Shown one piece after another: positions 38,340 through 48,426 of a stretch of 64,000 nucleotides of DNA. The translations under genes and the position numbers were made by a program. The stretch lies in IMG/VR virus record IMGVR_UViG_3300031957_002643, positions 248,001 through 312,000 of that record, one strand, 5' to 3'. Within the stretch, counting starts at the first letter, position 1, and the number at the start of each line of letters is the position of its first letter. The notes beneath the pieces were generated by a model, which had not been told where the DNA came from, did not search any database, and saw only the letters and a list, made by a program, of their open reading frames with translations.

Positions 38340-39047
38340 CTAGTATCCGAGTTCTTCGGATTCGATTGGATCACTGTCGGGTCCACTCAGTTGGTAAGTT
38401 CTGCCCGCCTTGTTTCCGAGATACAGCGGACCTTCCCAATAAATGAAGTCTTCCCAACCAGAACCTTCAGGAATGATAAGCTTGCGCTTCTTCATCTTCC
38501 CTGCAAGATCGAAATAGCTTGGCTTGTATGGCTTCTTAAGAGGCCCCTTCTTACCAATCGGGCTGACCCAATGTTCATTGTTGCCTTTCTTGCGGTTACA
38601 AGAATCACAAGCAGAAACAATGTTATACCAGTCGGTTCCGCCGCCCTTAGAACGAGGAATAACGTGGTCAAAGGTCAGTTCAGACCCAGCGAATTCGTGT
38701 CCGCAATACTGACAGGTGTACTCATCCCGCAAGAAGATGTTGTTCTTGCTGAACGGAATCGTCTGGTCAGGGTTACGGTACTCCCTTGCAGCGACAATGG
38801 ATGGAAGAGGGATGGTCACGGAAGGTGACCGAATTGCTATGCCTTCGTATTCCTTAACAATATCGTACTTGTCAAGAATCACTCCAACGATTGCATCTCT
38901 CCAATTAATCGCAGACAGCGGGATCACAGAGAAAGGCGAGTAATCCGCGTTAAGAACAAGAGTTCTGAAGCCGTCAAGATGATTAATAGAACCAGCGCCA
39001 GATGCAAGGAAATCTTGATAAACCCGCTTGTCTAAAGTCGTGCTCAT
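38340..39047 (-). CDS. HNH endonuclease (McrA-like)
   Basis: IFLRDEYTCQYCG..LTFDHVIPRSKGG..NIVSACDSCNRKKGN. Confidence 0.88.
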   Translation of the reverse strand: MSTTLDKRVYQDFLASGAGSINHLDGFRTLVLNADYSPFSVIPLSAINWRDAIVGVILDKYDIVKEYEGIAIRSPSVTIPLPSIVAAREYRNPDQTIPFSKNNIFLRDEYTCQYCGHEFAGSELTFDHVIPRSKGGGTDWYNIVSACDSCNRKKGNNEHWVSPIGKKGPLKKPYKPSYFDLAGKMKKRKLIIPEGSGWEDFIYWEGPLYLGNKAGRTYQLSGPDSDPIESEELGY

Positions 39048-39125
39048 TTCAATCTCCTATAGCATACACAAGTATTTACCCGATTTTGGTATTGCTGTCA
39101 ATGATGTTTATAGGATTATATGATA

Positions 39126-41492
39126 CTATCCGAGATTGAGGTCTGGAAACTGGTCGTATAAATGAGTTTCAAAACTTTCCTTAGCAGAATCAATATCATA
39201 ACCAGAGAAACCATAATATGGTTCTTCCATAGATAAGAATTCTTGATCGCTATTGTAATTTGGAAGATCATCAAAATAGTAAGACGACCAATGCTCGTGA
39301 AAATATGGATCATTAAATGCTTCTAGGATTCGATCTTTTGCAACGACCACCCAAACCTTGGCGTCATACTCATACTCTTTACTTGTATTTTCGTATGTTG
39401 GCTCATATTTCACAGGATTATGATTGCCATCATACTTTGGTGACTGGTACCTAATTTCGGCATTTAGACTATCAGAAATTTTGAATACAGCTTCATTGAT
39501 TGCTGATTTGAAATATTCATATGCTTCATTTTCGGCACCGGTTCTTGCACCATCCTGATACGCATATTTTGCCGCCGTCTCAAACTCATCGATTTCGCTC
39601 ATCGCAAAGTCAACAATTTCTCCCAGATCATCTAGATCAATGTCTTCATAATCGTCATCTTCATAATTTTCGATAATGAACTTTTTCAATGCTGCATGAA
39701 TTTCATCCGTCATCAGATCAACGACATCCGAATTATCCGGCGTATCATAACTTGTGTCATAAAATTCATGGCCGTCACCAACAAGACTACCATAATAGTT
39801 TTTCATGAGATCGTTTCCGAACTCGTCAATAAAATCACCGATAGACATACCAGACGGAGATTCTAGATAGTAATGATTTTTATCGAATGTGCTTAATCCA
39901 TCATCAATGTTTTCGGAAAGCGCCATGTATCGCTGCATTGCAATTTTGGAATCGGTCCCAAACATGTCGATATACGTTTGAAGACTTAATGCGTTTGGCT
40001 TGTTCTTTATGAGAATAGACTTTGCTTCTTTTGATAGCCGATCAGCGCCTTCGAGTGTGATGCGATCTGAATCATCCTCATCCAAATCAACTTCTTCCAG
40101 TCCATTAACGTAGTCTATGAATTCTTTTGATTTCACGCCGAACAATCTATCAAGGTCATAGGCTTCCAAAAAGTCAGGACGAGCGGATTTCAATTTATCC
40201 TTTACGCTTTCCTCTTTAATTCTTTCCATAAGACGAGTGAAAGCGTAGCGACTATCGATCAATTTCACGTGTTTGATCATTTGTTCCGAGTCGGCACCAT
40301 AGACTCTCAAAATATCATTTGTTTCTGCAAATTCTGGATGTTTATCAAATATATGACGAAGATAGTTGTCAGAAAGATGTTTTTTCAAATCCATAAATTT
40401 TTGACGAGAAGAGATGTTATCAATGTATGTTTCAAGTTCTTGGGAACCTTCTGGGAAATATCGAACAACTTCTTCCGGTGATGCTAATCCCGGCTTTGCC
40501 TTGATGAGTGATCGCGCTTGTGCCTCTGGTAGATCATTAAGGACAAAATTGTTTTCAGGTTTGTATCCGCCACCATTCATATCATCGATGTAATCGCTTT
40601 TCAGAAGTGCAATCAGATATGGATGATATCTCTCATTTGGCTTTTGATTGTTGTAGCCTTTGATCTCGTAAAGCTCTCTGTCCTTGATCATGGCTGTCAC
40701 ACGAGGAATGACACCCTCTTTTCCAACATCCTGTCTCAAAGAATAAACAGTACCGCCATGTTGTGTTCTTGGATCGGTACAGCAGTGCACCATTGCTGTT
40801 GCTTCTTGCCGACTTACAGATGTATTCAAATCATACCATGCAAATCCATCATTAAAATCAATGATCTTTGTGGCATCATCGGTAACATTCTTGATTGCGC
40901 GTTTTGCTCTTGATGCGATTTCTTGGTAATCCTTCTCCAATTTTTCAAAATGTGACAAAATTTCTTTAGTTGACTGATTTCCAAAAATATAAGCTTGGAT
41001 TGGATTGTATTGAATTCCTAGAAAATGTGATAGATTTTGCAATCTCTTGAAGGTATGACCAGATGGTTGATAGTCACTTTCAAGATTGCGAATATCTTCA
41101 CCAACTTTGACTAGACCCCACATCCCTTGTAGTGATCCTTTTGGTTCTCCTGCGGCAATAGCACGAGCATAATATGTATTCAAAACTTCGGTTGTTGCCT
41201 TGCCGGGTCTGTACTTGTTAGAAACCACGAAATCTAAACAAAGGGCAGCGCGTGATCTATTGAGAAACCACGTGACCCGATCATTTCTGTTTAACAGAGC
41301 AGTTCTAATTCTCTTTACACTATTATTGATCATCTTCTGCGCCGCCAGAGATATGATAGTCGCCTCATCTTCGGATTCGCCACTTGCAACGGCATCTTGA
41401 TAGCAGGCATTGATGAAGGCTTCGAACATTGGTGCATACTGCTTGCGTTCGATTAGTAACTCACCTTCGAATAGATCAATGAGAAATGACAT
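39126..41492 (-). CDS. Large protein with PcfJ-like domain and LFE leader, acidic C-terminus; possible virion internal protein
   Basis: MSFLIDLFEGE; EATAMVHCC..VYSLR..YEIKGYNN. Confidence 0.55.
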   Translation of the reverse strand: MSFLIDLFEGELLIERKQYAPMFEAFINACYQDAVASGESEDEATIISLAAQKMINNSVKRIRTALLNRNDRVTWFLNRSRAALCLDFVVSNKYRPGKATTEVLNTYYARAIAAGEPKGSLQGMWGLVKVGEDIRNLESDYQPSGHTFKRLQNLSHFLGIQYNPIQAYIFGNQSTKEILSHFEKLEKDYQEIASRAKRAIKNVTDDATKIIDFNDGFAWYDLNTSVSRQEATAMVHCCTDPRTQHGGTVYSLRQDVGKEGVIPRVTAMIKDRELYEIKGYNNQKPNERYHPYLIALLKSDYIDDMNGGGYKPENNFVLNDLPEAQARSLIKAKPGLASPEEVVRYFPEGSQELETYIDNISSRQKFMDLKKHLSDNYLRHIFDKHPEFAETNDILRVYGADSEQMIKHVKLIDSRYAFTRLMERIKEESVKDKLKSARPDFLEAYDLDRLFGVKSKEFIDYVNGLEEVDLDEDDSDRITLEGADRLSKEAKSILIKNKPNALSLQTYIDMFGTDSKIAMQRYMALSENIDDGLSTFDKNHYYLESPSGMSIGDFIDEFGNDLMKNYYGSLVGDGHEFYDTSYDTPDNSDVVDLMTDEIHAALKKFIIENYEDDDYEDIDLDDLGEIVDFAMSEIDEFETAAKYAYQDGARTGAENEAYEYFKSAINEAVFKISDSLNAEIRYQSPKYDGNHNPVKYEPTYENTSKEYEYDAKVWVVVAKDRILEAFNDPYFHEHWSSYYFDDLPNYNSDQEFLSMEEPYYGFSGYDIDSAKESFETHLYDQFPDLNLG

Positions 41493-41498
41493 TTGGAA

Positions 41499-41834
41499 CT
41501 ATACCGTCCAAACAACCTCAGAATCATTGGATGATCCGGCTGTTCGTTGAATGATCCAGATTGGAAGCGGCTGTTCTTCGACGATTGCGCTGGTGGTATA
41601 CGAAGCAACTTCAATCCAATCGTCTGCTGCCCTGAATTTACCAAACAGCTTCAATGTGTCGCCCGAACCAATCTTCACGTACAATTTTAATTTTGCGCCA
41701 TCGTATCTGTCTTTCCAAATACGAAATCCATCATTGAAACCATCGTCAGTTGTGGTTTCAAAATCGACCTCAGAACCATAACCACTTCCGTCTTCGTCCG
41801 CTGTGGTATAGACTACATAAGATTCAGTCGCCAT
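41499..41834 (-). CDS. Hypothetical protein
   Basis: SD AAGGA; TAAATA upstream. Confidence 0.55.
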   Translation of the reverse strand: MATESYVVYTTADEDGSGYGSEVDFETTTDDGFNDGFRIWKDRYDGAKLKLYVKIGSGDTLKLFGKFRAADDWIEVASYTTSAIVEEQPLPIWIIQRTAGSSNDSEVVWTV

Positions 41835-42163
41835 TAGAATATTCCTTTATGATTGCAATCATTCTATATTTAGCGAATCTTACTCATTTCATTTGACCCC
41901 TCTGTAAAAATGTGTTAACTTGTGTAATCAATTGGTAATAGAGGGTTGACACCATGCAACCATTTCGTGCAAAGTCATTCATCGTTCTTGCCCCTAGTGG
42001 TAAGAGTATGGTTGATGCAATCGGACAAACGATGACATCTGCTTGGGATAATGCAGTAAGCGTTCTCGGAAACAAAATAACAGTTGACAAACTGAAAATA
42101 CTCGGTTATAAATGTATCCAAGTTGATCTTACGGAAGTAAAACCGTAAACAAGGAGAACACTT

Positions 42164-44386
42164 ATGCGAGTCGATGGTGATAACCGGGCAGTTGCGGTCA
42201 CGGGTGCTGCTGAGCAAAACAACTTCAGCATCGCAATGGACCAAAAAATCTTCGATATGCTTTCGAAGAAGATTTACGAGAACCCGGAAGAAGCGGTTCT
42301 TCGTGAAATCTGCGCCAACGCCTATGACTCCAATCGTGAAGCCGGTAAGGGCGATACGCCCATCAAGGTTGTTCTTCCGACTCGTATTGATCCGGTCCTT
42401 CGTGTCCGTGATGATGGTCTGGGCATGTCTCATGAATTCCTCATGAAGACGTACACTACCTATGGTTCGTCCACCAAAGACGAATCCAATGAATCCATCG
42501 GTGGTTTCGGTCTGGGCAGCAAGTCTCCGTTCGCCATCACTGATACCTTCACCGTTATTTCCCGTTATAACGGGAAGAAGACTACCTATGCCGCAATCAT
42601 CGGTGAAAAGGGTATCCCCCAAATCAATTGCCTTGGTTCCGTCGATACGGATGAATGCAATGGTGTTGAAGTTATTGTTCCGTGCTCTGAAAGCATGGTC
42701 TCTGCCTTCCACCGGGTTGCACCGAAGGTGTTCGAATTTTACGATCCGCTTCCGAATTTTTCGGGTGCCGATATCCATGATATCAAGGCCAATCGGAATC
42801 GTTACTCCCGTGAAACCGAAACCTTTATGACGATTGACATTTCGGATTATAGCTATCGGCGTCAACATGATGTCCGTGTGCTCATGGGTGTAGTTGCGTA
42901 TCCGATTTCTCTCGATCAGCTCGAAATGGATCGAAATGTTCGTCATTTTGCCGAACATATCGGTTTGGTTGTCAAACTGCCGATTGGTTCTGTGCCTCTT
43001 GCCCCGTCGCGTGAACGTCTCAACTATGACGAAAATTGCATCAAGGTTCTGTCTGATGCAGTTAGTGATGCAATTGGTACGCTGATTGATGAAACGCTTG
43101 GTCGTCTGCGGACTATCAATGATGTTTTTGATGCAAACGTCGAATTTACCAAAATTCGCCAAGAATTTTCCTTCATTCCTGAAGAATACGAATTCGAAGG
43201 CCGGAAGTATGTGACTGAGAAGTATTTGAAGCTTCCGTATGGTCATCGTGGTATCTCGGTTGACAAGAAGCATCGCCATGAGTTCATGGGTGAGCGGATG
43301 CCGAAAGGTGGCGGTGATTACCTTCGTCTGCACTACAACACTAATTTTGTGTTCGTCATTGATGACGTGTTCCGTTGCTTCCGTCGCCATGAACGCATCG
43401 AAAGAGCCACTTATGGTTTCGACACGGTGGTGTATGTTTCAGATATCAATATCTCGAAGCACAATGAATCTCGTGCGCGCCGTCGCATGGAAGAAGCGGT
43501 TCTTTCGCTGTTCTCTGAATTCGGTATCCCGAATGAAAATCAAGTCATCTTCTTGTCTGAAACGGAAGAAGTGAAGCGCGAGGCGTATCACGGTTGGGCG
43601 AAAGCAAATGCTGCTGGTATTCGCAAAATTCATGATTGGTATTTCGGCAACTCGACCGATTTGATCAATAATAATGAAGTTTCTAGCGCTTCCGAAGAAA
43701 TTGATGATGTGGACGTACTGCCGGATGAAGCTCTGTATGTCATGATGTCTCGTGGCATTCCTGAAGTTACCGGTTCTCATTTGTATCACATGGCTTCGTT
43801 GCGCGGACTTCCGATCTTTCTGATTCCCAAATCTCTGGCCAAAAAGGTTCCGTCTTCTTGGACTCCGATGTTGGATGGTCTGGAAGAAGAGATCAAAAAA
43901 GTTCGCGTTGGTCGCTACATGAAAATTGCCGCCTATGCCAATACTAGCTCTTTGACCGGATATAATGATCTGTCCCGTGTGCTGTCTGATATGCATGAAC
44001 ACATCACCGGTATTGAAGCTAAGGATGTTCGTAAGCGCCGTAGCCGTGATCGCAATTCTGAAAAATATGAATCCATCTACAAGATGATTCAGGCATTGCC
44101 GGAACATCCGCTTTCCAAGCTGTACGAATTGTATTTGCTTTCGCTGAAGCACAAGCATGATCGCAAGCTGGATGCCATTATCAAGTTTGCGCATGCCGAC
44201 CGCGAACGTAAAACTGCTTATCGTGTCAAGAAGAAAGTGGATTCTCTGGTCGAGCAATTCAAAAAAGAAAATTTCGTCTTGAACGATTTTATCGAGCGCC
44301 GTTTTCACAATGCTTCTTACGGTGACGATGATGCGAAAAAAGTCCTTGACGAAATCCTTCGTCAGTACTATAATGTGAACGTCTAA
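42164..44386 (+). CDS. rIIA: rIIA-like protein (N-terminal HSP90/GHKL ATPase domain)
   Basis: IYENPEEAVLREICANAYD..VRDDGLGM..GSSTK..GGFGLGSKSPFA; followed by rIIB. Confidence 0.88.
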   Translation: MRVDGDNRAVAVTGAAEQNNFSIAMDQKIFDMLSKKIYENPEEAVLREICANAYDSNREAGKGDTPIKVVLPTRIDPVLRVRDDGLGMSHEFLMKTYTTYGSSTKDESNESIGGFGLGSKSPFAITDTFTVISRYNGKKTTYAAIIGEKGIPQINCLGSVDTDECNGVEVIVPCSESMVSAFHRVAPKVFEFYDPLPNFSGADIHDIKANRNRYSRETETFMTIDISDYSYRRQHDVRVLMGVVAYPISLDQLEMDRNVRHFAEHIGLVVKLPIGSVPLAPSRERLNYDENCIKVLSDAVSDAIGTLIDETLGRLRTINDVFDANVEFTKIRQEFSFIPEEYEFEGRKYVTEKYLKLPYGHRGISVDKKHRHEFMGERMPKGGGDYLRLHYNTNFVFVIDDVFRCFRRHERIERATYGFDTVVYVSDINISKHNESRARRRMEEAVLSLFSEFGIPNENQVIFLSETEEVKREAYHGWAKANAAGIRKIHDWYFGNSTDLINNNEVSSASEEIDDVDVLPDEALYVMMSRGIPEVTGSHLYHMASLRGLPIFLIPKSLAKKVPSSWTPMLDGLEEEIKKVRVGRYMKIAAYANTSSLTGYNDLSRVLSDMHEHITGIEAKDVRKRRSRDRNSEKYESIYKMIQALPEHPLSKLYELYLLSLKHKHDRKLDAIIKFAHADRERKTAYRVKKKVDSLVEQFKKENFVLNDFIERRFHNASYGDDDAKKVLDEILRQYYNVNV

Positions 44387-44401
44387 TGGGAGACTAAAAC
44401 A

Positions 44402-45718
44402 ATGTCACTGCCGCACATTATTTCTGAACAAAGCGTCACGGTCTATTTCGAGGACGGAATTCCCGAAACGATTCACCGTGACCACAAGAACTTCGACCGT
44501 GTTCTTGGCGCTATCAAGAACGGTCACTGGTCAATCGTTCGCCCCCTCATGAACATTCCGAAGGGGATTGAACAGTTCTCCCTTGGCAATGTCTACATCA
44601 TTGACAATGAATTCTACTTCAAAGGTATGCCGATCACCGGTTATATCGCTGAACGTATTGTCGAAATGTTCGAAGAAGGTTTCGACATCAAACCTATGGT
44701 TCGATACTTCGAAAACCTGATGATGAACCCGAATCCGCGTGCCCGCGCTGACCAATACAAATGGCTGGAAGCAGGCAATATGCCTATCACCGAAGATGGC
44801 TATATCATCGCCTACAAGTATGTGGACAAGAATTTCAAATCTTGCCATGCCGGTGTCTGGGAACAGGACAAGAATGGTGAATGGGTGCACAACAAAAGTG
44901 CATCTTACGATCACACGCCCGGTTCTATCGTGGAGATGCCTCGTGAGAAGTGTGATGACGATCCGAACCGCACTTGTTCATCTGGCCTACACTTCTGTGC
45001 ATATGGGTATCTCGGTCATTACAGTTCTTCTACGAAGATCGTGATGGTCAAGGTTCACCCGCGTGATGTGGTTGCAATTCCGACTGACTACAGCTTCTTC
45101 AAGGCTCGCTGCTGCCGTTATGAAGTCCTTCAGGAAATCAATACCAACGAAACTGGTGATTTCCTTGCGGGCACCAAGGTTGTTCGAGCCGGTCAGGGCG
45201 TGGGTCTGGATGACATGATATTCGATCCGACAACGGATACATCCACGATGGAAGATGGTGGTGTTGATGGTTGGGATTATTTCGATCAAGATGATCATGA
45301 TGATGCTGACGACGAGTACGACGACGATGAGTATGATGAAGATGATGAGTATGATGAAGACGAAGGCGACGAGCCTGAAGCTTTGATCTTCACCCATGAA
45401 CGCACCAACAAGACGTTCACGGAAGAAGAACTCATCGCGATCTATTCGGAAGTCGGTTCGACTTACCAGATGGAGAAGCGCATTGGCGTCCCCCGCTCCA
45501 CGTTGGATGGTTGGATCAAGCGCATCGAAGAAGCACAAGAAGCACGTGATGAAGTGTCCACTGTCGAACTGTCGTTCACCCATGAGCGCACCGGTAAGAC
45601 ATTCACCTCTTCACAACTTCTCGGTCTTCTGAAGCAATTCGGAACTCCGTATCGAATTGAAAAAGAAACTGGTGTGCCTCGTTCTACTATCTCTGGATGG
45701 CTCGACCGTATCGAGTAA
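44402..45718 (+). CDS. rIIB: rIIB-like protein with acidic linker and duplicated C-terminal HTH-like domain
   Basis: PITEDGYIIAYK..CSSGLHFC..VKVHPRDVVAIP..KARCCRYEV. Confidence 0.88.
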   Translation: MSLPHIISEQSVTVYFEDGIPETIHRDHKNFDRVLGAIKNGHWSIVRPLMNIPKGIEQFSLGNVYIIDNEFYFKGMPITGYIAERIVEMFEEGFDIKPMVRYFENLMMNPNPRARADQYKWLEAGNMPITEDGYIIAYKYVDKNFKSCHAGVWEQDKNGEWVHNKSASYDHTPGSIVEMPREKCDDDPNRTCSSGLHFCAYGYLGHYSSSTKIVMVKVHPRDVVAIPTDYSFFKARCCRYEVLQEINTNETGDFLAGTKVVRAGQGVGLDDMIFDPTTDTSTMEDGGVDGWDYFDQDDHDDADDEYDDDEYDEDDEYDEDEGDEPEALIFTHERTNKTFTEEELIAIYSEVGSTYQMEKRIGVPRSTLDGWIKRIEEAQEARDEVSTVELSFTHERTGKTFTSSQLLGLLKQFGTPYRIEKETGVPRSTISGWLDRIE

Positions 45719-45857
45719 TCCGCAACTTCCGCCTCTGCATCGTCCATGACTCGCGTGACGATGCCACCTTGCCGCTCTGTGTTTTCCGCGCCTTTGGACA
45801 CAGAGCGGCATTTTCTATTTGACAGATAGTAAATTTGTACTATAAGTAAATCTGTAT

Positions 45858-45931
45858 GCGGGTGTAGCTCAATGGTAGAGCCACTGCCTTCCAAGCAGAA
45901 GACGAGAGTTCGATTCTCTCCATCCGCTCCA
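45858..45931 (+). tRNA. tRNA-Gly(TCC)
   Basis: Cloverleaf, loop CTTCCAA, U73, CCA. Confidence 0.93.
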
Positions 45932-45940
45932 AACATTCAT

Positions 45941-46016
45941 GGCGCTGTAGCTCAGTTGGCAGAGCAGGAGACTCATATTCTCTGTGTCGGCGGTTCGATC
46001 CCGTCCAGCGCTACCA
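45941..46016 (+). tRNA. tRNA-Met(CAT), elongator-like
   Basis: Cloverleaf, GGAGA-CTCATAT-TCTCT, CCA. Confidence 0.85.
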
Positions 46017-46073
46017 AATCTCTTTACAATTGAAATTTCATGTGATATGGTTTTTGAAACATCAGGATAAGCC

Positions 46074-47381
46074 ATGCTCAAGACTTCACTCTATAAAGCG
46101 CCATCCGGTCAATTCATTGATTTGGATCGGATTCTGATTATCGATGTAGTAAAACATGATAGTGATTTTAATTATGTACATTTTGATGTAATTTTTCAAC
46201 TTATGGATAAGCCTGTTCATTATGGCTTCGAACCTACTGCGGAGATAGTCAATAGAGGTCGGGAACAAACCGAAGTGGAGGTAAAGGAGTTTGTTCGTAA
46301 CGAGCTGATTGAACTTGCTGAAAAAGAGCGAGATGATCTCATTGCTGCTTGGAAAAGCTATAAAGATGATACGTTGACTGGAAATGAAAATTTGATTATG
46401 CATGCGATTGAAGTTGTTGCTAAAGGAATGATCGATGAGTGATAGTCAAATTTTTGAACTGGTGGGCGACGCTGATTCGACGTGGTTCATCGATGTTGCC
46501 GATTTGGTTTATGTTTCGGAACTCAGCATCAAATCAGTAGAAGTAAGATTTTATTTGAGAACTAAATCATTGCCAGAAATAAGATTTGTATCCAGTGTAA
46601 CTATTCCGTATAGAATGAGTTTGACAGATGCGAGAACTCCCGACGAGATTGAAAAAATCAAATCAAATATCGAAAATAGAGATCGTTTGATAGAACGATC
46701 AAAACAAAATCGACTTGATCTGATTAAGGCGTGGCGCGATCACAGAAGTGGTGTAATGCTGGCGAATTTTTTAGAAAAAGAAATGGATAACAATAATGTC
46801 AACTAGCCCGATTTTTATTCTGTATGATGGTGAAGCCATCGATCTGGAAGAGATTTGTTATGTTTCCCTGCCATACATCAATGGGGATAGATTGAAATAT
46901 TATTGCCTGTCTAAAAGAACGAACAATAAAATGTTTGAAGATGTTCAACTTCCGAGTCAAAATAATGAAAAACGGTCACAACGAGTCAAGGAAGTCAAAG
47001 AGCACCGGAAAAAGTTGATCCAAGCATGGAGTGACTATAAGTCCGGTGTGATGTTGGCAAACCTCATAGAACAAGAGATTGCTAAAAATGAATAGTCCAT
47101 TTTTTGAATTCTGTGATGGTTCTGTTGTTGAATTGGAACAGGTCTATCGTGTGTCACAGCCATATGAAAGTAGTAGTTATGCTACTTTTTACTACGGTTT
47201 TACCTATAGAACAAAGGTGAATGATACTGAAATAGAAGTATCTATGAGAGTATTAGACACAGAAAAAGAAAATACCATTGAGATTGTGAATAAAAACAGA
47301 GAGGACTTTATTAAAGCACTGAATGATCATCGAAGTGGCGTCTTGGTTGCCACCCTTTTGGAAAAGGCCATTTCTGAATAA
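46074..47381 (+). repeat. Tandem array of four paralogous small ORFs (46074-46442, 46435-46806, 46796-47095, 47079-47381)
   Basis: Shared C-terminal LIxAWxD(H/Y)(R/K)SGV motif (shortened to LIAAWKSYK in the first) and similar N-termini. Confidence 0.75.
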
Positions 47382-48181
47382 TGTTCTGGATTGTTCAAGA
47401 AGATTTGTACAATGAGTACAAGTATGACGAATTCCTCAATGCTCTTGATCGTATGAATATCGATCACGTATTGGTGAAGCCGATTCCATTTACAAACACG
47501 CTCGTGAACGAAGATGAAATCCATATCGATGATTCTCAGCCGATTATTGTTTCGGGTTCTGTCTCATTAGTTCGTGTCGCCAGACGCCGTGGTTGGTTGC
47601 CGGGAAGTTTCCATGACCACGATTTCTTTTTTCAAGAGTGGCGAGATGGATTTGGAAAAGACAATTGTCTAAACGGGCATGCCAAAATCGTAAAGCTCAA
47701 AGATGCGACATTCAATGGTCATGATATCTTTGTTCGACCGATTTTGGATAACAAGTCCTTTTCTGGTGTAGTCATGAATCGAGAAGAATTTATGTCGTGG
47801 CAATCGCATTATGCGTATGTCGAAAGAACGGATGAATTTCAAACACTACATCAAGATACCGAAATCATGATGTGTCGGCCTAAGAACATCATGGCTGAAT
47901 ATCGATTTTTTGTCGCAGATGGAAAAGTTGTCACTGGCAGTCTTTATGTTCGTGGTCGTCGCGTTGTCTATGAAGAATGCCATGAAGAAGATGTTATCGA
48001 GTTCACGCAATCAATGGTAGATAAATTTCAACCAGCTAAAGCGTTTGTGTTGGACGTTGCAAGAATCGATGGTGGATTCAAAATTATCGAAGTGAACAAT
48101 TTCAATTCTGCGGGCTTTTATGCATGTGATGTCGTCAAGATAATTAATGCAGTAGAAGAAATGACTGAATTTTATTCTTGA
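47381..48181 (+). CDS. ATP-grasp domain protein (R2K/DUF4343-like)
   Basis: IFVRP..KSFSGVV..EYRFFVADGKVVTGS..FVLDVAR..KIIEVNNFNSAGFY. Confidence 0.8.
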   Translation: MFWIVQEDLYNEYKYDEFLNALDRMNIDHVLVKPIPFTNTLVNEDEIHIDDSQPIIVSGSVSLVRVARRRGWLPGSFHDHDFFFQEWRDGFGKDNCLNGHAKIVKLKDATFNGHDIFVRPILDNKSFSGVVMNREEFMSWQSHYAYVERTDEFQTLHQDTEIMMCRPKNIMAEYRFFVADGKVVTGSLYVRGRRVVYEECHEEDVIEFTQSMVDKFQPAKAFVLDVARIDGGFKIIEVNNFNSAGFYACDVVKIINAVEEMTEFYS

Positions 48182-48206
48182 CGAGAATATAACTACCGTA
48201 TATAAG
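48178..48206 (+). promoter_or_regulatory. Sigma70-type promoter
   Basis: TTGACG-N17-TATAAG. Confidence 0.75.
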
Positions 48207-48247
48207 AGTTTTCATCGGGATTGGCCCGCACGATTTGGAGAAATTAA

Positions 48248-48391
48248 ATGGCAAAGAAGACGAATGCATCGAATGCAAGCAATCGGCGTGATCCGGTGAA
48301 GAAGCGTACTTCCATCGGCAATTCTACTCGTTCGCGTCCGACGAACAAGCATTCGACGTTCAAGCGTACTCGCGGGCAGGGTCGTCCGTAA
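48248..48391 (+). CDS. Small Lys/Arg-rich protein (47 aa), not in the ORF track
   Basis: GGAGA SD; MAKKTNASNASNRRDPVKKRTSIGNSTRSRPTNKHSTFKRTRGQGRP. Confidence 0.75.
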   Translation: MAKKTNASNASNRRDPVKKRTSIGNSTRSRPTNKHSTFKRTRGQGRP

Positions 48392-48426
48392 GAGTTAAGG
48401 GAAACTAGGCGTCTGGCCAAGAGGAC

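Noticed and set aside
29110-43390. Long antisense ORFs (29110-30096 +, 36066-36968 -, 41975-43390 -, also 43439-44308 -)
   Set aside because: They are shadows of Ro60, NAMPT and rIIA caused by codon bias, with no recognisable motifs.
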